Of a DNA stretch of 64,000 nucleotides, positions 33,071 through 44,408 are shown in pieces; positions within the stretch are counted from its first letter, which is position 1; each line of letters begins with the position of its first letter. The notes under the pieces were generated by a model, which did no database searches, had not been told where the DNA came from, and saw nothing but the letters and a program-made list of their open reading frames with translations. The DNA lies in contig CAZENU010000005.1 of NCBI GenBank assembly GCA_964513735.1, positions 13,719-77,718 of the forward strand. The letters run 5' to 3'. The translations under genes and the position numbers were made by a program. The DNA comes from an uncultured Dehalococcoidia bacterium. Lineage in GTDB: Bacteria; Chloroflexota; Dehalococcoidia; Lucifugimonadales; CAZENU01.

Positions 33071-35725
33071 CTAGTCCAGGCGGCGGCCGTCGTAGTCGAC
33101 GGGTACGATGGGCAGGCCGAGCTCCCGAATACCGGGCTCGATGGCGGCACGGTCGCCGACGACCAGGACCGCAAGGTGCTTGTCGTCGATCCTTCTGGAC
33201 GCCACGTCGTGGACCTGCTCCAGGCTGATCGCCGTCATGTTCCCGATGAACCGCGAATAGTAGTCATCGGGCAGCCCGAACATGGCAATCCGGACGAGCT
33301 GAGTCATCATCTGCCCCTGGGTCTCGAACAGGGCCGGGAATCCACTGGATATGCCGTCGCGGGCAGCGTCGTATTCGTCCTGAGTCACCGGCCTGTCGCC
33401 GCGAATGTCGGCGAACTCCTTGAGCGTCTCGATCACCGACTCTTTGGTGACCGAGGTCTCCACCGAGCCGCCGGCGAACATTGCGGAGGCGTCGGTGCCC
33501 CAGTCCAGGGACGAGTAGTAGCCGTAGCTGTAGCCTTTGTCCTGGCGCAGGTTCATGAAGAGCCGCGCGGTCGCGTGAGAGCCGAAAACGTAGTTGGCCA
33601 GGGTCATCGCGTAGTAGTCGGGATTGCTGCGCGGGAACGTGGCGTATCCAGCCCGGATCACGGACTGGGACGCGCCGGGCTTATCTGCCAGGAAGATCGT
33701 CGTTTCCACCGCAGACGCGCCGTCGACCGTGCCCGTGGCATCTTCCGGCGACTGCCCCGCCCAGTCCCCCAGCAGTGACTCCGCCCACGAGACCACATCG
33801 TCGCCGCTTACGTCGCCCACTACGATCAGTGTGGAGCCCTGAGGTACGTAGCTGCGCCGGTAGTAGTCGACCAGCCTATCGCGGGTGAGCGCCTCAACCG
33901 ACTTCACAGTTCCGCTCACCGAATGGCCGTGGCGGGTGTCGGGACCGAACACCAGCCCTCGGAACGCGCGTCCGGCGATGGCGGCGGGATCGTCTCCGAT
34001 GCGCCTCAGGTCCGCCAGTCGCTCGTTGCGGACGCGGTCGAGCTCGCGGTCGGGGAATCTGGCGTTCCTGGCCACGTCGGCGATGATCTCCAGGGCCCGC
34101 GTCCAGTGCGCCGTCAGCGTCTCCACCGAGACCGTCATATGCTCTCGGCCGGCCGAGCTGTCGAGATGAGTGCCCATGAACTCCATCTCGTCGGCTATCT
34201 GAGCGCTCGTCCGCGTCGCGGTGCCCTCGGGCAGCAGCGAGGCGGCCATGCCGGCGGTGCCGGCAGCCGTCTCCGGGTCAGAGACAGCGCCCGCGCGGAC
34301 CACGAGTCCGAGGCCGACCAGAGGCAGGCCTCGCTTCTCCACGAACAGGATGTCGAGACCGTTTGAGAGGGTGTGACGCGTTGGCACCTGGGGAGAGTAT
34401 CCCCTGTGGGCGGCGGCAGCCGGAGCGGACGACCTGTCGACCGCATTCGCCGACGCGCTGGCCTGGTCCTCGGGCAACACGGCCATGCGCACTCGGTCGG
34501 TCCCCAGCACCTCATTGGCAACCCTGGCCACGTCCTCCGGCTTCACCACACGGTACCGGTCAAGATCGGTGTTGACGAGGCCGGGGTCTCCGGCGAATAC
34601 ATTGTAATGGTTGAGCTGGTCGGCCCTCCCGCCGAAGCCTCCGACGTGCTCAAGCTGGCGGACGTGATGGCTCTCGATGAGGTTGACGGTGCGCTGGACT
34701 TCCCGTTCGTCGGGTGGCTCCCGCCTGACCCGTTCGAACTCTTCCTCGACCACGTCCTGCAACTCCTCGACGCTGTGGCCGGGGTTGGCGGTCACCGTGA
34801 TGTGAAACTCGCCCGCGATCTCCTGGGCGTAGTTTCCCACGCTGACGTCCCGCGCGATCTGTTTGTCGTAGACCAGGGTCTTATAGAGCCTGGAGCTCTT
34901 GCCATCGCCCATCAGCATGGCGAGTACGTCAAGAGGCGCCTCGTCGGGGTCGAACATGGGAGACGTGGGCCAGGCCAGATACAGCCTGGGTAGCTGGACC
35001 TTGTCTCGCAGATCGAGGCGGACTTCGCCTCGGACCATAGAGTCCATGCGGCCGACGCGGCTTACCGCGGCCGCCGGTGGGAGGTCGCCGAAATAGCGCT
35101 CGATCAGCTTCCTGGCCTCATCGCCGTCGAAGTCGCCGGCCAGCGCCAGGCTGGCGTTAGAGGGAGAGTAGAAGCGCTTAAAGAAGCCCTTGATGTCGTC
35201 GAGGGGGGCCGCGTCGAGGTCCGCCTGGGAGCCGATGACCGGCCAGCTATAAGGGTGCGGCGTCGGAAACAGGGCGGGCTGAAGGAGCAGGTAGGCCATC
35301 CCGTAGGGTCGATTCTCGTAGCTCTGGCGGCGCTCGTTCTTCACGACGTCCCGCTGGATGTCGAACCGCTTCTGATCGAGGGCCTCCAGCAGAAATCCCA
35401 TGCGATCCGACTCCAGCCACAGGGCCAGTTCCAAGTAGTTGGACGGCACGTTCTCCCAGTAGTTGGTTTTGTCGGAGCTGGTCGAGCCGTTGACTGACGA
35501 CCCGACCTTCTGAAGGGGCTCGAAGAAGTTGCGGTTATGGTTCTTCGATCCCTCAAACATCACATGCTCGAAGAGGTGGGCGAAACCGGTCCGTCCAACC
35601 TCCTCGTTCTTCGAGCCTACGTGATACCAGACGTTGACTCCAACGGTGGGCAACGTGTGGTCCTCGTGGAGCACGACCTGCAGGCCGTTGGACAACGTAA
35701 ACTTCTCGTATGACAGTGAGTACAT
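33071..35725 (-). CDS. M16 (pitrilysin/insulinase) family zinc peptidase, double-module
   Basis: ORF 33071..35908, trimmed to MYSLSYEKFTLSNGLQVV (residue 62). HxxEH motif GFAHLFEHVMFEGS. A second, inactive-type M16 module lies in the C-terminal half. Confidence 0.85.
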   Translation of the reverse strand: MYSLSYEKFTLSNGLQVVLHEDHTLPTVGVNVWYHVGSKNEEVGRTGFAHLFEHVMFEGSKNHNRNFFEPLQKVGSSVNGSTSSDKTNYWENVPSNYLELALWLESDRMGFLLEALDQKRFDIQRDVVKNERRQSYENRPYGMAYLLLQPALFPTPHPYSWPVIGSQADLDAAPLDDIKGFFKRFYSPSNASLALAGDFDGDEARKLIERYFGDLPPAAAVSRVGRMDSMVRGEVRLDLRDKVQLPRLYLAWPTSPMFDPDEAPLDVLAMLMGDGKSSRLYKTLVYDKQIARDVSVGNYAQEIAGEFHITVTANPGHSVEELQDVVEEEFERVRREPPDEREVQRTVNLIESHHVRQLEHVGGFGGRADQLNHYNVFAGDPGLVNTDLDRYRVVKPEDVARVANEVLGTDRVRMAVLPEDQASASANAVDRSSAPAAAAHRGYSPQVPTRHTLSNGLDILFVEKRGLPLVGLGLVVRAGAVSDPETAAGTAGMAASLLPEGTATRTSAQIADEMEFMGTHLDSSAGREHMTVSVETLTAHWTRALEIIADVARNARFPDRELDRVRNERLADLRRIGDDPAAIAGRAFRGLVFGPDTRHGHSVSGTVKSVEALTRDRLVDYYRRSYVPQGSTLIVVGDVSGDDVVSWAESLLGDWAGQSPEDATGTVDGASAVETTIFLADKPGASQSVIRAGYATFPRSNPDYYAMTLANYVFGSHATARLFMNLRQDKGYSYGYYSSLDWGTDASAMFAGGSVETSVTKESVIETLKEFADIRGDRPVTQDEYDAARDGISSGFPALFETQGQMMTQLVRIAMFGLPDDYYSRFIGNMTAISLEQVHDVASRRIDDKHLAVLVVGDRAAIEPGIRELGLPIVPVDYDGRRLD

Positions 35726-35785
35726 CGCGTTCTCCGGGGCGGCGTATGACCGTGGAATTATAGCACCTGGCCTATCGAAATCCTT

Positions 35786-35815
35786 TTGCGTGGTACCGTT
35801 CGTTTGAGGTAATAT
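35786..35815 (+). promoter_or_regulatory. Sigma-70-like promoter candidate for ftsH
   Basis: TTGCGT (35786-35791), 18-nt spacer, TAATAT (35810-35815), about 60 nt upstream of the ftsH ATG. Confidence 0.3.
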
Positions 35816-35876
35816 AGAAGGCGAAGGGGCTGGCATCCGCCAAGCTCCGATCTTTTGTCTACACCGTAGGGGGCAT

Positions 35877-37730
35877 ATGCTTTCCCGCTCGATGCGCAAC
35901 AGCTTCATCTACCTGTTGATCGGCATCGCGGTCATTGCCATCTTCTTCACCATGTTTGGCAACGTCGGCGAGTCGCGAGAGATCCGGCTCGACGAGGTAA
36001 TGGCGATGGCCCGGCACGGTGACCTCGAGGCGATCGAGGTCAATGGCGACAGGCTCACCGTGTTGACGACCCGTGGCGAGACATTCACCGCCCGCAAAGA
36101 GCCTGATATGAGCATCATAGAGGCGCTCGACCGTTTCGGTGTGGACCTCGTCAGCGTGACCGCCGGGATCGAGGTCAAGGGCTCCAGCGGACTGGGTAGC
36201 ATCTTCGGCATCCTGCTGAACTTCCTACCGCTGATCTTCTTCGGGGTAGTGCTGCTGTTCATGATGCGGCAGGCCCAAGGCAACACCAGCCAAACCTTCA
36301 GCTTCGGCCGCAGCAAGGCCCGCATGCTGGTTGGCAACCAGCCCAGCGTGACGTTTGCCGACATCGCCGGAGTGGACGAGGCCAAGGTCGAGCTGGAGGA
36401 GGTCGTCGACTTCCTCAAGCACTCGGAGCGGTATCTGGCCCTGGGAGCCCGCATCCCGCGCGGCGTGCTGCTGGTGGGGCCCCCGGGTACCGGCAAGACG
36501 TTGCTGGCCAGGGCCGTGGCCGGTGAGGCCGCCGTGCCGTTCTTCTCCATAAGCGGCAGCGAGTTCGTGGAGATGTTCGTCGGTGTGGGCGCTTCCCGCG
36601 TCCGCGATCTGTTCGACCAGGCCAAGCGCAACGCACCTTGCATCGTGTTCGTGGACGAGATCGACGCGGTCGGGCGCCATCGCGGCGCCGGCCTGGGCGG
36701 CGGCCACGACGAGCGCGAGCAGACGCTAAACCAGATCCTCGTCGAGATGGACGGGTTCGACACCAGCATCAACGTGATCGTGCTGGCGGCCACCAACAGG
36801 CCCGACATCCTCGATCCGGCGCTGCTACGGCCCGGCAGGTTCGACCGTCGGGTGATGCTGGACAACCCGGACAGGGTGGGACGCACCGAGATCCTGAAGG
36901 TCCACGTAAAGGGCAAGCCGGTCGGCGAGGACGTAGACCTAGAGCGAATCGCCAAGCAGACGCCGGGGTTCAGCGGCGCGGACCTGGCCAACCTGGTGAA
37001 CGAGGCGGCGATTCTGGCCGCGCGCAGGAACAACGACAAGATCGTTTACGACGAGTTAGTGGAGTCGATCGATCGTGTGAGCTTCGGCCCGATCCGCAGA
37101 TCACGCGTGATCACCCCGCACGAGAAGGAGCTGACGGCCTATCACGAGGCGGGCCACGCACTGGTTGCGCACCTTCTGCCCCACGCGGACCCCGTGGCCA
37201 AGGTGACCATCGTCTCTCGCGGGGCCATGGGCGGCTACACCAAGTACCTACCCGAAGACGACCGCCATATGTGGACGCTGAACCAGTTCCTCGACCAGAT
37301 GGCCATGGCCATGGGTGGCCGGGTGGCGGAAGAGACGACCTTCGGCGCGGACGAGATCACAACCGGGGCCAGCAACGACCTGGACCAGGCCACGCACATG
37401 GCGCGCACGATGGTCACCCGCTACGGCATGAGCGAGAAGCTGGGGCCGCGGACCTTCGGCAAGCGTGAGGAGCTGGTGTTCCTCGGCCGTGAGATCTCCG
37501 AGCATCGAGACTATAGCGACAAGGTCGCCGAGATCATCGACGACGAGGTCCACAGCCTGGTCGAGAAGGCCTACAACAGGGCGACGAAGATACTTATCGA
37601 TAACAAGGCCAAGCTCGTTCAGATCTCCAAGTACCTCGTCGAGAACGAGACGTTGGAGGGCGACGAGCTCCAGAAGCTTTTCGATTCCCCGCCTCCGGAG
37701 TTCACCATGGAGCCCGCGCCGGCAGGCTAG
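35877..37730 (+). CDS. ftsH: ATP-dependent zinc metalloprotease FtsH
   Basis: 617 aa. Walker [14 protein letters not shown], the SRH region and the HEAGHA zinc motif. Confidence 0.95.
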   Translation: MLSRSMRNSFIYLLIGIAVIAIFFTMFGNVGESREIRLDEVMAMARHGDLEAIEVNGDRLTVLTTRGETFTARKEPDMSIIEALDRFGVDLVSVTAGIEVKGSSGLGSIFGILLNFLPLIFFGVVLLFMMRQAQGNTSQTFSFGRSKARMLVGNQPSVTFADIAGVDEAKVELEEVVDFLKHSERYLALGARIPRGVLLVGPPGTGKTLLARAVAGEAAVPFFSISGSEFVEMFVGVGASRVRDLFDQAKRNAPCIVFVDEIDAVGRHRGAGLGGGHDEREQTLNQILVEMDGFDTSINVIVLAATNRPDILDPALLRPGRFDRRVMLDNPDRVGRTEILKVHVKGKPVGEDVDLERIAKQTPGFSGADLANLVNEAAILAARRNNDKIVYDELVESIDRVSFGPIRRSRVITPHEKELTAYHEAGHALVAHLLPHADPVAKVTIVSRGAMGGYTKYLPEDDRHMWTLNQFLDQMAMAMGGRVAEETTFGADEITTGASNDLDQATHMARTMVTRYGMSEKLGPRTFGKREELVFLGREISEHRDYSDKVAEIIDDEVHSLVEKAYNRATKILIDNKAKLVQISKYLVENETLEGDELQKLFDSPPPEFTMEPAPAG

Positions 37731-37928
37731 GCCCCTCCGGGCAGCAGGTCACGGCCGGTTGCTAGCTCCGGCGTAGTGTGTCCTTCGCCGACCACGCGCC
37801 AACGCGTTTCTGACTCCGCCAACACGCGCGGCCGACTCTTGAACCCCCGTCGCTGTGCTGGTACCGTCTCACCTGCGGTCCGGGCATCCGACTCGCGGCC
37901 GTCCAACTGCTTTACGAGGAGGCGCGAC

Positions 37929-38249
37929 GTGCTATTCGAGCTGAGACAGTACAGGACGCGACCGGGCAAGCGAGATGCGTGGGTGGAGTTCATGGAGACC
38001 GAGATCATCCCGTTTCAGATTTCCAAGGGCATGGTGATCGCAGCCAGCTTCGTGGGTGAAGAGGAAGACGACCTTTACGTCTGGATACGCCGCTTCGACA
38101 GTGAGGAGGACCGGGAGCGGCTGTACGAGGCGGTGTACGAGAGCGACCACTGGAAGAACAACATAGGCCCGCGCGTGCCCGGGTACATCGACCGCGAGAA
38201 GTCGGTCATAACGCGCCTCAAACCCACGCCCAAGTCGGTATTGCACTAG
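37929..38249 (+). CDS. NIPSNAP family protein
   Basis: ORF 37776..38249, trimmed to the GTG at 37929 (residue 52) behind gaggagg. LFELRQYRTRPGKRDAWVEFME...YVWIRRFDSEEDRERLY pattern. Confidence 0.65.
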   Translation: MLFELRQYRTRPGKRDAWVEFMETEIIPFQISKGMVIAASFVGEEEDDLYVWIRRFDSEEDRERLYEAVYESDHWKNNIGPRVPGYIDREKSVITRLKPTPKSVLH

Positions 38250-38277
38250 CCCGACAGTCCGGCAGGAGGGAACCTCG

Positions 38278-39069
38278 ATGCTACCGGCCGACTATGACGT
38301 CTCAGGCAAGACAGTAATCGTGACCGGCGCCGCCCGAGGCATCGGCAGAGGCATCGCCTGGGTGCTGGCCGAGGCCGGCGCCAGGGTGATGGTGACGGCC
38401 TTTACCGATCGCTACCTGGCGCCGCTGGCCGAGGAGATGGCCTCCGCGGGACACCCCATTGAGCCGCTGGTCGCCGACGCCACCAGGGAGGCGGACTGGA
38501 CCCGAACCGTTGACACCGCGATGGACCGTTGGGGCCACATCGACGTGCTGATCAACAACCTCGGAGACGCCATCCCCAGGCCGCTGGTACCGTTGCCCGG
38601 CGCGGACGACCGGGGCGCAATCACCGACGAGGAGTGGCGCTTCGTGCTGGACGTCAACCTGACCGAGGCGTTCATGGGCTGTCGGGCCGTGGGTCCGCAC
38701 TTCCTAGAGCGCCGCAGAGGCAAGGTGATCAACATCAGCGGCATCGCAGCGCGCCGCGGGGCCCCGGAGACCATCGCCTACTCGGCGGCTAAGGCCGGGC
38801 TCGCCCGCCTGACGCAGACGCTGGCGTTGGAGTGGGCGCCGTACGGCATCAACGTCAACTCGATCGCGCCGGGGTACTTTCCAGACCAGATCGTGGGCGA
38901 CGCCTCGCAGGTGGCGGCCTCCAAGCAGCGGGCCAGCGCCGAGGTGCCGTTGGGGCGCGTCGGCGAGGTGCGCGAGGTGGGCCTGCTGGCGCTGTATCTG
39001 GCTTCGGACGCCTCCAGCTACATGACCGGCCAGACCATCTACCTGGACGGCGGACTGACGTCGGCCTAG
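38278..39069 (+). CDS. SDR family oxidoreductase
   Basis: 263 aa. TGAARGIGRG, NNLG and YSAAK motifs. Confidence 0.85.
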   Translation: MLPADYDVSGKTVIVTGAARGIGRGIAWVLAEAGARVMVTAFTDRYLAPLAEEMASAGHPIEPLVADATREADWTRTVDTAMDRWGHIDVLINNLGDAIPRPLVPLPGADDRGAITDEEWRFVLDVNLTEAFMGCRAVGPHFLERRRGKVINISGIAARRGAPETIAYSAAKAGLARLTQTLALEWAPYGINVNSIAPGYFPDQIVGDASQVAASKQRASAEVPLGRVGEVREVGLLALYLASDASSYMTGQTIYLDGGLTSA

Positions 39070-39119
39070 GAAGGGCTGGAGCTAGAAGCTAGGGGCTAGG
39101 GGCTAGCAGCAGGCAGGTG

Positions 39120-40226
39120 CTACGTCGCCGGGGCGTTCGAGGGGCTAAAGCCGGCCCGGGGCAGGGCGGCCGCCAGGGCGTCGAGCACGTCCTGGATCTC
39201 CTCTGGTGCGACGCGGCCCATGTGGCCGATACGGAAGAGCTTGCTCTTCTGGGCCCCCTGGCCCGTGGCCAGGACGACGCCGTGGTCCTCGCGCACGATG
39301 GCCAGCAGCCCGTCGGCGTCGACGCCCTCGGGTACGGCGACCGCCGTCACCGTGTCCGAAGCGACGCTCTCGTCGGGGAAGAGCGACAGTCCTAGCGCCT
39401 TGATCCCGTCACGGGTCATCTGGGCGATGGAAGTGTGGCGCTCCAGGAGAGCATCAACGCCCTCGGCAATGATGCTCTCGAGAGCGGCATCTAGCGCGAA
39501 GATCAGCGACAGCGCGGGCGTGTACGGCGGCTGACCCAACTCGAAGTAGTGGCGGTACTGCTCAACGTCAAAGTAGTACCTGGGCATCGTGGCTTTAGCG
39601 TGGGCAGCCCAGGCGGCCTCGCTGAAGCTGAGGAACGCCAGGCCGGGCGGCAGCATCCACCCTTTTTGCGACGCGGTGGCGACCACGTCACAACCCCACT
39701 CATCGGTGCGCAGCGGCAGCGAGCAGACGCTGCTGATGCCATCGACCAGCAGCAGCTTGCCGAACTCGCCCTTGACCACGCCTGCGATGGCCTCCAGGTC
39801 GTTGACCACGCCGGTGGAGGTCTCGTTGTGGGTCACCAGCACTGCGCTCACGTCGGGGTCGCCCTCCAGGGCGCTCCGAATCCGCCCCGCATCTACAGCC
39901 GTGCCGGGGTCGAAGCTCAACATCCTGACGTCCGCGCCGAATCGGCCGGCGATCTCGCCGAACCTGTCGCCGAAATTCCCCATGCTGGCACAGAGGACGC
40001 GGTCCCCGGGCGACAGTGTGTTGACGATCGCCGCCTCCATGGCCCCGGTCCCGGAGGAGGTCAGGATGAAGACGTCGCCACTGGTCTTGAATACCTGCTT
40101 GAGCCGATCGGTCACCCTAAAGAGCATCTCTTTGAACTGAGGGCCGCGGTGGTTGATCATGGGCCGCGCCATCGTCTCGAGTATCTCTTCAGGGACAGGG
40201 ATGGGACCGGGAATTCGCAGGTTCAA
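39120..40226 (-). CDS. Class V aminotransferase (serine-pyruvate / alanine-glyoxylate aminotransferase-like)
   Basis: 368 aa. N-terminal LRIPGPIPVPEEILETMARPMINHRGPQF. ASQKG is the PLP lysine context. Confidence 0.8.
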   Translation of the reverse strand: MNLRIPGPIPVPEEILETMARPMINHRGPQFKEMLFRVTDRLKQVFKTSGDVFILTSSGTGAMEAAIVNTLSPGDRVLCASMGNFGDRFGEIAGRFGADVRMLSFDPGTAVDAGRIRSALEGDPDVSAVLVTHNETSTGVVNDLEAIAGVVKGEFGKLLLVDGISSVCSLPLRTDEWGCDVVATASQKGWMLPPGLAFLSFSEAAWAAHAKATMPRYYFDVEQYRHYFELGQPPYTPALSLIFALDAALESIIAEGVDALLERHTSIAQMTRDGIKALGLSLFPDESVASDTVTAVAVPEGVDADGLLAIVREDHGVVLATGQGAQKSKLFRIGHMGRVAPEEIQDVLDALAAALPRAGFSPSNAPAT

Positions 40227-40467
40227 CGCTCGTCCTCCGCGGTAGCTGGGAGATGGTTTCGAGCAGATTCTAGCACAGCGGCAGAGCCCTCCGGCCGAGG
40301 TAGCGACCCAGGTCTTTCCCTTGTCCCCATAAGTAGCGCTCTCCCGTTCGCCGTGAGCTCGTCGAAGGGCATCCTCCTATATGGAATGCCATGGTTCGAC
40401 AGGCTCAGCACGAACGATTATCAGACCAGTTCGACTTTGCAAAGGCCCTGGGTTAGCTACCCTGAGG

Positions 40468-41766
40468 CTAGGCGTCCGGCGCGACGATCCTGACGTAGCG
40501 GCCTCGACCTACCCTGACGACGTCGTCTGTGGCGAGTGACAGCGCGCCGGCGGCGACGTTTGTCGGGACGGTCTTGCCGTTGACGGAGACGGCACCCTGG
40601 TCGATGAGCCGCTTGGCCTCGCTGGCGCTGTCGACGAGGCCGGCGTCCGCCAGCAGGTGGCTGAGCCGCTTTCCCGCCAGGCCGGCGTGGGCGGGAAGCG
40701 TGTAGGTCGCCAGGTCATCGGGAGTCTCGCCCTTCTGCACCGTACGCTCGAAGTTGCGCTCCGCCGCGATGGCGGCCCCCGCGCCATGGAACTGGGTCAC
40801 CAACTCGTGGGCCAGGCGCTTTTTGAGCTCCATCGGATTCACTGTGTCCGCCTCAAGGGCGCCGCGCATCTCAACGAGATCGGCGTCCGGCACGTCGGTC
40901 AGGCACTCCAGGTAGAGCAGTATCAGGGATAGCTCTCCGTTGACCAGCGTCGTCGGGCTGCCAGAGGTCGGACGGTCCAGCGCAGTCTCGTCCGAGGCCT
41001 TACCGGCGAAATCGGGCAGGCGCATCGTCTTCAGGTACATCTCGTTGGGCGGATCGTCTACGCCGATGTAGTTGTTCAGGCTCTTGCTCATCTTCTGAAC
41101 GCCGTCGGTGCCCGGGATCAGCGGCATGAGGAAACACTGCTGCGGTCTCTGGCCCATCATCTGCTGCAGGTCGCGGCCCATCAGCAGGTTGAAGCGCTGG
41201 TCGGTGCCGCCGAACTCCACGTCAGCGTCGATGGCTATGGAGTCGTAGGCCTGCAGCAGCGGGTAGAGCAGCTCGGTGATGGCGATGGGCTGATTCGCGG
41301 CGTACCGCTTGGCGAAGTCGTCGCGGGCGAGAAGCTGGGCCACGGTGAAACGGCTGGTCAGCTTGATGACGTCGGCCAGGGAGAAGGGGCCGAACCAGTC
41401 GCTCTGAAGGCGGGTCTCGGTCTGTTCACGGTCCACGATCTTGAAGAGCTGGGCCATGTAGGTCTCCGCGTTCTCGAGGACCTGTTGCTGGGTGAGCATG
41501 GGTCGGGTGGCCGACCGGCCGCTGGGGTCGCCGATCTGGGCGGTCCAGTCTCCGATGATGACGACCACCTTGTGCCCAAGTTCCTGGATCTGCCTCAGCT
41601 TGCGCAGGCCAACCGCGTGCCCCATGTGGAGGTCGGGCGCGCTGGGATCGAAGCCCATCTTGAGGCGAAGAGGCTTGCCGTCCTCCAGCAGCCTGACGAG
41701 CTCCGACTCGATGATGATCTCCGATACCCCTCGGCGGAGCAGTCGTTGTTTTTGCGACGCGTCCAC
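40468..41766 (-). CDS. tyrS: Tyrosine--tRNA ligase
   Basis: 432 aa. HIGH-type DLHMGHAV, KMSKS, and a C-terminal S4 domain. Confidence 0.9.
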   Translation of the reverse strand: MDASQKQRLLRRGVSEIIIESELVRLLEDGKPLRLKMGFDPSAPDLHMGHAVGLRKLRQIQELGHKVVVIIGDWTAQIGDPSGRSATRPMLTQQQVLENAETYMAQLFKIVDREQTETRLQSDWFGPFSLADVIKLTSRFTVAQLLARDDFAKRYAANQPIAITELLYPLLQAYDSIAIDADVEFGGTDQRFNLLMGRDLQQMMGQRPQQCFLMPLIPGTDGVQKMSKSLNNYIGVDDPPNEMYLKTMRLPDFAGKASDETALDRPTSGSPTTLVNGELSLILLYLECLTDVPDADLVEMRGALEADTVNPMELKKRLAHELVTQFHGAGAAIAAERNFERTVQKGETPDDLATYTLPAHAGLAGKRLSHLLADAGLVDSASEAKRLIDQGAVSVNGKTVPTNVAAGALSLATDDVVRVGRGRYVRIVAPDA

Positions 41767-41935
41767 GTTAGCTTCTCTCCACTGTCCCGACCTAGCAGGC
41801 TACGGGAAAGCCCTTTCGACCATCCCCCTGGCCCCTTTCCTGCAGGAAGGGGGAAGAAATTATGTCTGAGAGACACCCTCAGACTCCCGGCAAAGGGCCT
41901 ACACCCCTCTGCACACCCCATATTCGATCAGCCTG

Positions 41936-42892
41936 CTAGCCACGCACCTCGGAGCCGGGCGCGACCTGTCCACCCTCCAGAACAGCCCGGGTCTCAGCTA
42001 CGTCTTGCCGGACCTGCTCTTGCAGCTCTTGGCCGCTGTCGAACATGATCTCGGGCCTGAGCCGGCTCACGAACTCAAGACCGATCTGCTGACCGTAGAG
42101 GTCGCCTTCGTAGTCCAGAACGAAGGCTTCGATAGTGCGCTGTCCTTTACCGAACGTGGGCCGCACGCCGATGCTGGTGGCCGCCATGTGGCGATCGCCC
42201 GCGATGAGCCCCCACGTCGCGTAGATGCCATCGGCCGGAACAGCCATCCCATCACGGACGCCGAGATTGGCCGTTGGGAACCCGAGCGGCCCACCGCGGC
42301 CCTCGCCCGACTCGACCACGCCGCGCAGGGTGAAGTTCCGCCCCAGTAGCTCCGACGCGGTGGAGATGTCACCCTCGGCCAGCGTGTCACGCACGTGCGT
42401 GCTGCGGATGGCGTGGCCGGCATCATCCAAAAGGGGCTCGACCACGTGCAGAGTAAACCCCATCTCGCTCCCGAGGTCGGCAAGGGTCTCGGCGTCACCC
42501 TCCCGGTTGTGCCCCATAGCAAAGTCGGGGCCCACCACCAGGTCCTTCATCAGCAGGCGATCCTGAAGGAGCGCCACGAACTCACGGGCTGCCAGCCGGG
42601 AGAGATCAAGGTCGAAGGAGACCGGGAGCACCAGGTCGGGGCCGAGCTCCGCCAAGAGACATAGACGGTCGTCCAGGGAGGTCAGGTATCGGCCGAGGAA
42701 ATCGGGCCTGAGTACCGACGCCGGGTGGTTGTTGAAGGTGAGGACGCCGGAGAGGCGGCCAGACCGGCCGGCGACCTCTCTCAGACGGCTTATGAGGTGG
42801 CGGTGCCCGAGATGGACCCCATCAAATACACCGATGGTGAGGGCGGACTCGCGGCCGGTCCTGTGAGAAGCGAGCTGACTATCGATCTTCAT
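41936..42892 (-). CDS. ribF: Bifunctional riboflavin kinase / FAD synthetase
   Basis: 318 aa. IGVFDGVHLGHRHL, and the riboflavin kinase half GFPTANL...YATW. Confidence 0.9.
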   Translation of the reverse strand: MKIDSQLASHRTGRESALTIGVFDGVHLGHRHLISRLREVAGRSGRLSGVLTFNNHPASVLRPDFLGRYLTSLDDRLCLLAELGPDLVLPVSFDLDLSRLAAREFVALLQDRLLMKDLVVGPDFAMGHNREGDAETLADLGSEMGFTLHVVEPLLDDAGHAIRSTHVRDTLAEGDISTASELLGRNFTLRGVVESGEGRGGPLGFPTANLGVRDGMAVPADGIYATWGLIAGDRHMAATSIGVRPTFGKGQRTIEAFVLDYEGDLYGQQIGLEFVSRLRPEIMFDSGQELQEQVRQDVAETRAVLEGGQVAPGSEVRG

Positions 42893-43091
42893 GCCCTGCC
42901 ACCGACACCCGCCACGACCGATCTGTTGACTTCAAGATTCTCCGCGAGCGCGTCTGACGTGAGGGGACCGAACGAGCGACTCGGTTGCGGTGGCCACCGC
43001 CGGCGAGAGCGCGGGACCCGCCACGGGAAGGCTTCGCCGGATGCTAGCATACTTCGTGCCGCCACGAAACACACGTGCCTTCGGCCCGGCG

Positions 43092-44327
43092 CTAGTCGCC
43101 GGAGGACTTGGGCGTTGTGTCAGCCGCGAGATGCCGTCGTATCAGCAGACTGGCAGGCAGAATCAGGGCGGTCGCAAAGGCCATCACTCCCATCGTCGCC
43201 CGCAGGCTGGTGAAGTCGGCCAGCCGGCCGTAGACGAAGGGCGCGATGCTCGCGCTCTCCGTAACGGTGTAGTAGTAGCCGTACGTCCGCGTTCGGCGTC
43301 CTCTGGGCGCGAAGGACGCTACGGCAGCGTACAGCACTGACGATGTGCCGTTCAGACCGAATCCCAGGACCAGCATCAGCGGCGCGGCAGCGAGCCTCGG
43401 CGCCGCCAGCGTGGCAAGCAACAGCAGGGCGGTCACCCCTTTGGTCCACCAAATCAAGCTGATGGAGCCATACCGGTCGGCTAGCCATCCGCAGGCGTAC
43501 TTGCCCGCCGCGCCGCCGGCCAGCAGCAGCGTCAGCAGCGCGAACACTTCCCGCGTCCCGACGCCCCTGTCCGCCAGGACGAAGGGGACGAAGGTCAGGG
43601 CGGCAGTGCGCGTCGCGGCGTCCATAAACCCGATGGCGCCCAGGGATATCAGTCCCTCGGTCCGCGGGCCGGCCTCAGGGACGGAATCGGCGTGGCTGTC
43701 TGCCCTGGCACGGGCCGGCCGCTCAGAGCCGACGCTGCCGTGCATGAACCCAGACAGGACCATGAACGCGATTCCGACCGCGCCGACGAGCCGCATCATG
43801 GCGCGCCAGCCAAGGTCCACTGCCATCGCCAGAGCCAGCAGCGGAGCCAGTAGCTTGCCGACATCGCCGGCGAAGTTGACCGTGCCCACGGCCGCGCTGT
43901 GGCCCGAGTCGTCGTATGCCCGTGACACCATGCTGGTGGCCAGCGGGTGCTGGGCCGCACCGCCAAGGCCACCCAGGATGGTCGCTGCAAACAAAGGGCC
44001 GAAGGTACCCATCGCTGCCATCGCCAGGAATCCCATCGCGACCCAGATGTTGCCGCCGATCAGCAGCCAGAACTCGCCCCAGCGCTCGGCCAGAAATGCG
44101 GCCGGAATCTGCAGTACGACCGAGGCTGTGCCGAACCCGGTCCGCAGCAGGCCGACCTCGGTGTAGGAAAGACCCAGCTCGGGATCGTCCCGCATCAGCG
44201 GCAGCAACGGGATCATGAGCGCGAAGAACAGGTCGTTCCAAACGTGGGTGACGGATCCGAACAATAGCGTGCGCCCGGGACGGCGGTCCACTCTGGACTG
44301 GTCGCTCATTGTTGAACCGATAGACAT
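43092..44327 (-). CDS. MFS transporter
   Basis: 411 aa, about 12 TM helices, typical MFS loop motifs. Confidence 0.8.
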   Translation of the reverse strand: MSIGSTMSDQSRVDRRPGRTLLFGSVTHVWNDLFFALMIPLLPLMRDDPELGLSYTEVGLLRTGFGTASVVLQIPAAFLAERWGEFWLLIGGNIWVAMGFLAMAAMGTFGPLFAATILGGLGGAAQHPLATSMVSRAYDDSGHSAAVGTVNFAGDVGKLLAPLLALAMAVDLGWRAMMRLVGAVGIAFMVLSGFMHGSVGSERPARARADSHADSVPEAGPRTEGLISLGAIGFMDAATRTAALTFVPFVLADRGVGTREVFALLTLLLAGGAAGKYACGWLADRYGSISLIWWTKGVTALLLLATLAAPRLAAAPLMLVLGFGLNGTSSVLYAAVASFAPRGRRTRTYGYYYTVTESASIAPFVYGRLADFTSLRATMGVMAFATALILPASLLIRRHLAADTTPKSSGD

Positions 44328-44408
44328 TCACGGCGGCTTAGCGCCGCCAAGTCCGGCTGATCTAGGTGCGAGTTGGTCTGCGTGGACATGTTGCCAGGAG
44401 ACACACTA

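Noticed and set aside
35909-37039. 376-aa minus-strand ORF
   Set aside because: Antisense shadow of ftsH. Ser/Arg/Pro/Thr-rich, with no motifs.
39081-39110. Micro-tandem repeat gctagaagctaggggctaggggctagcagc between convergent SDR and aminotransferase genes
   Set aside because: Only about 2.5 copies of a 7-8-nt unit. Too short to call a functional repeat, and most likely slippage noise in a 50-nt spacer.
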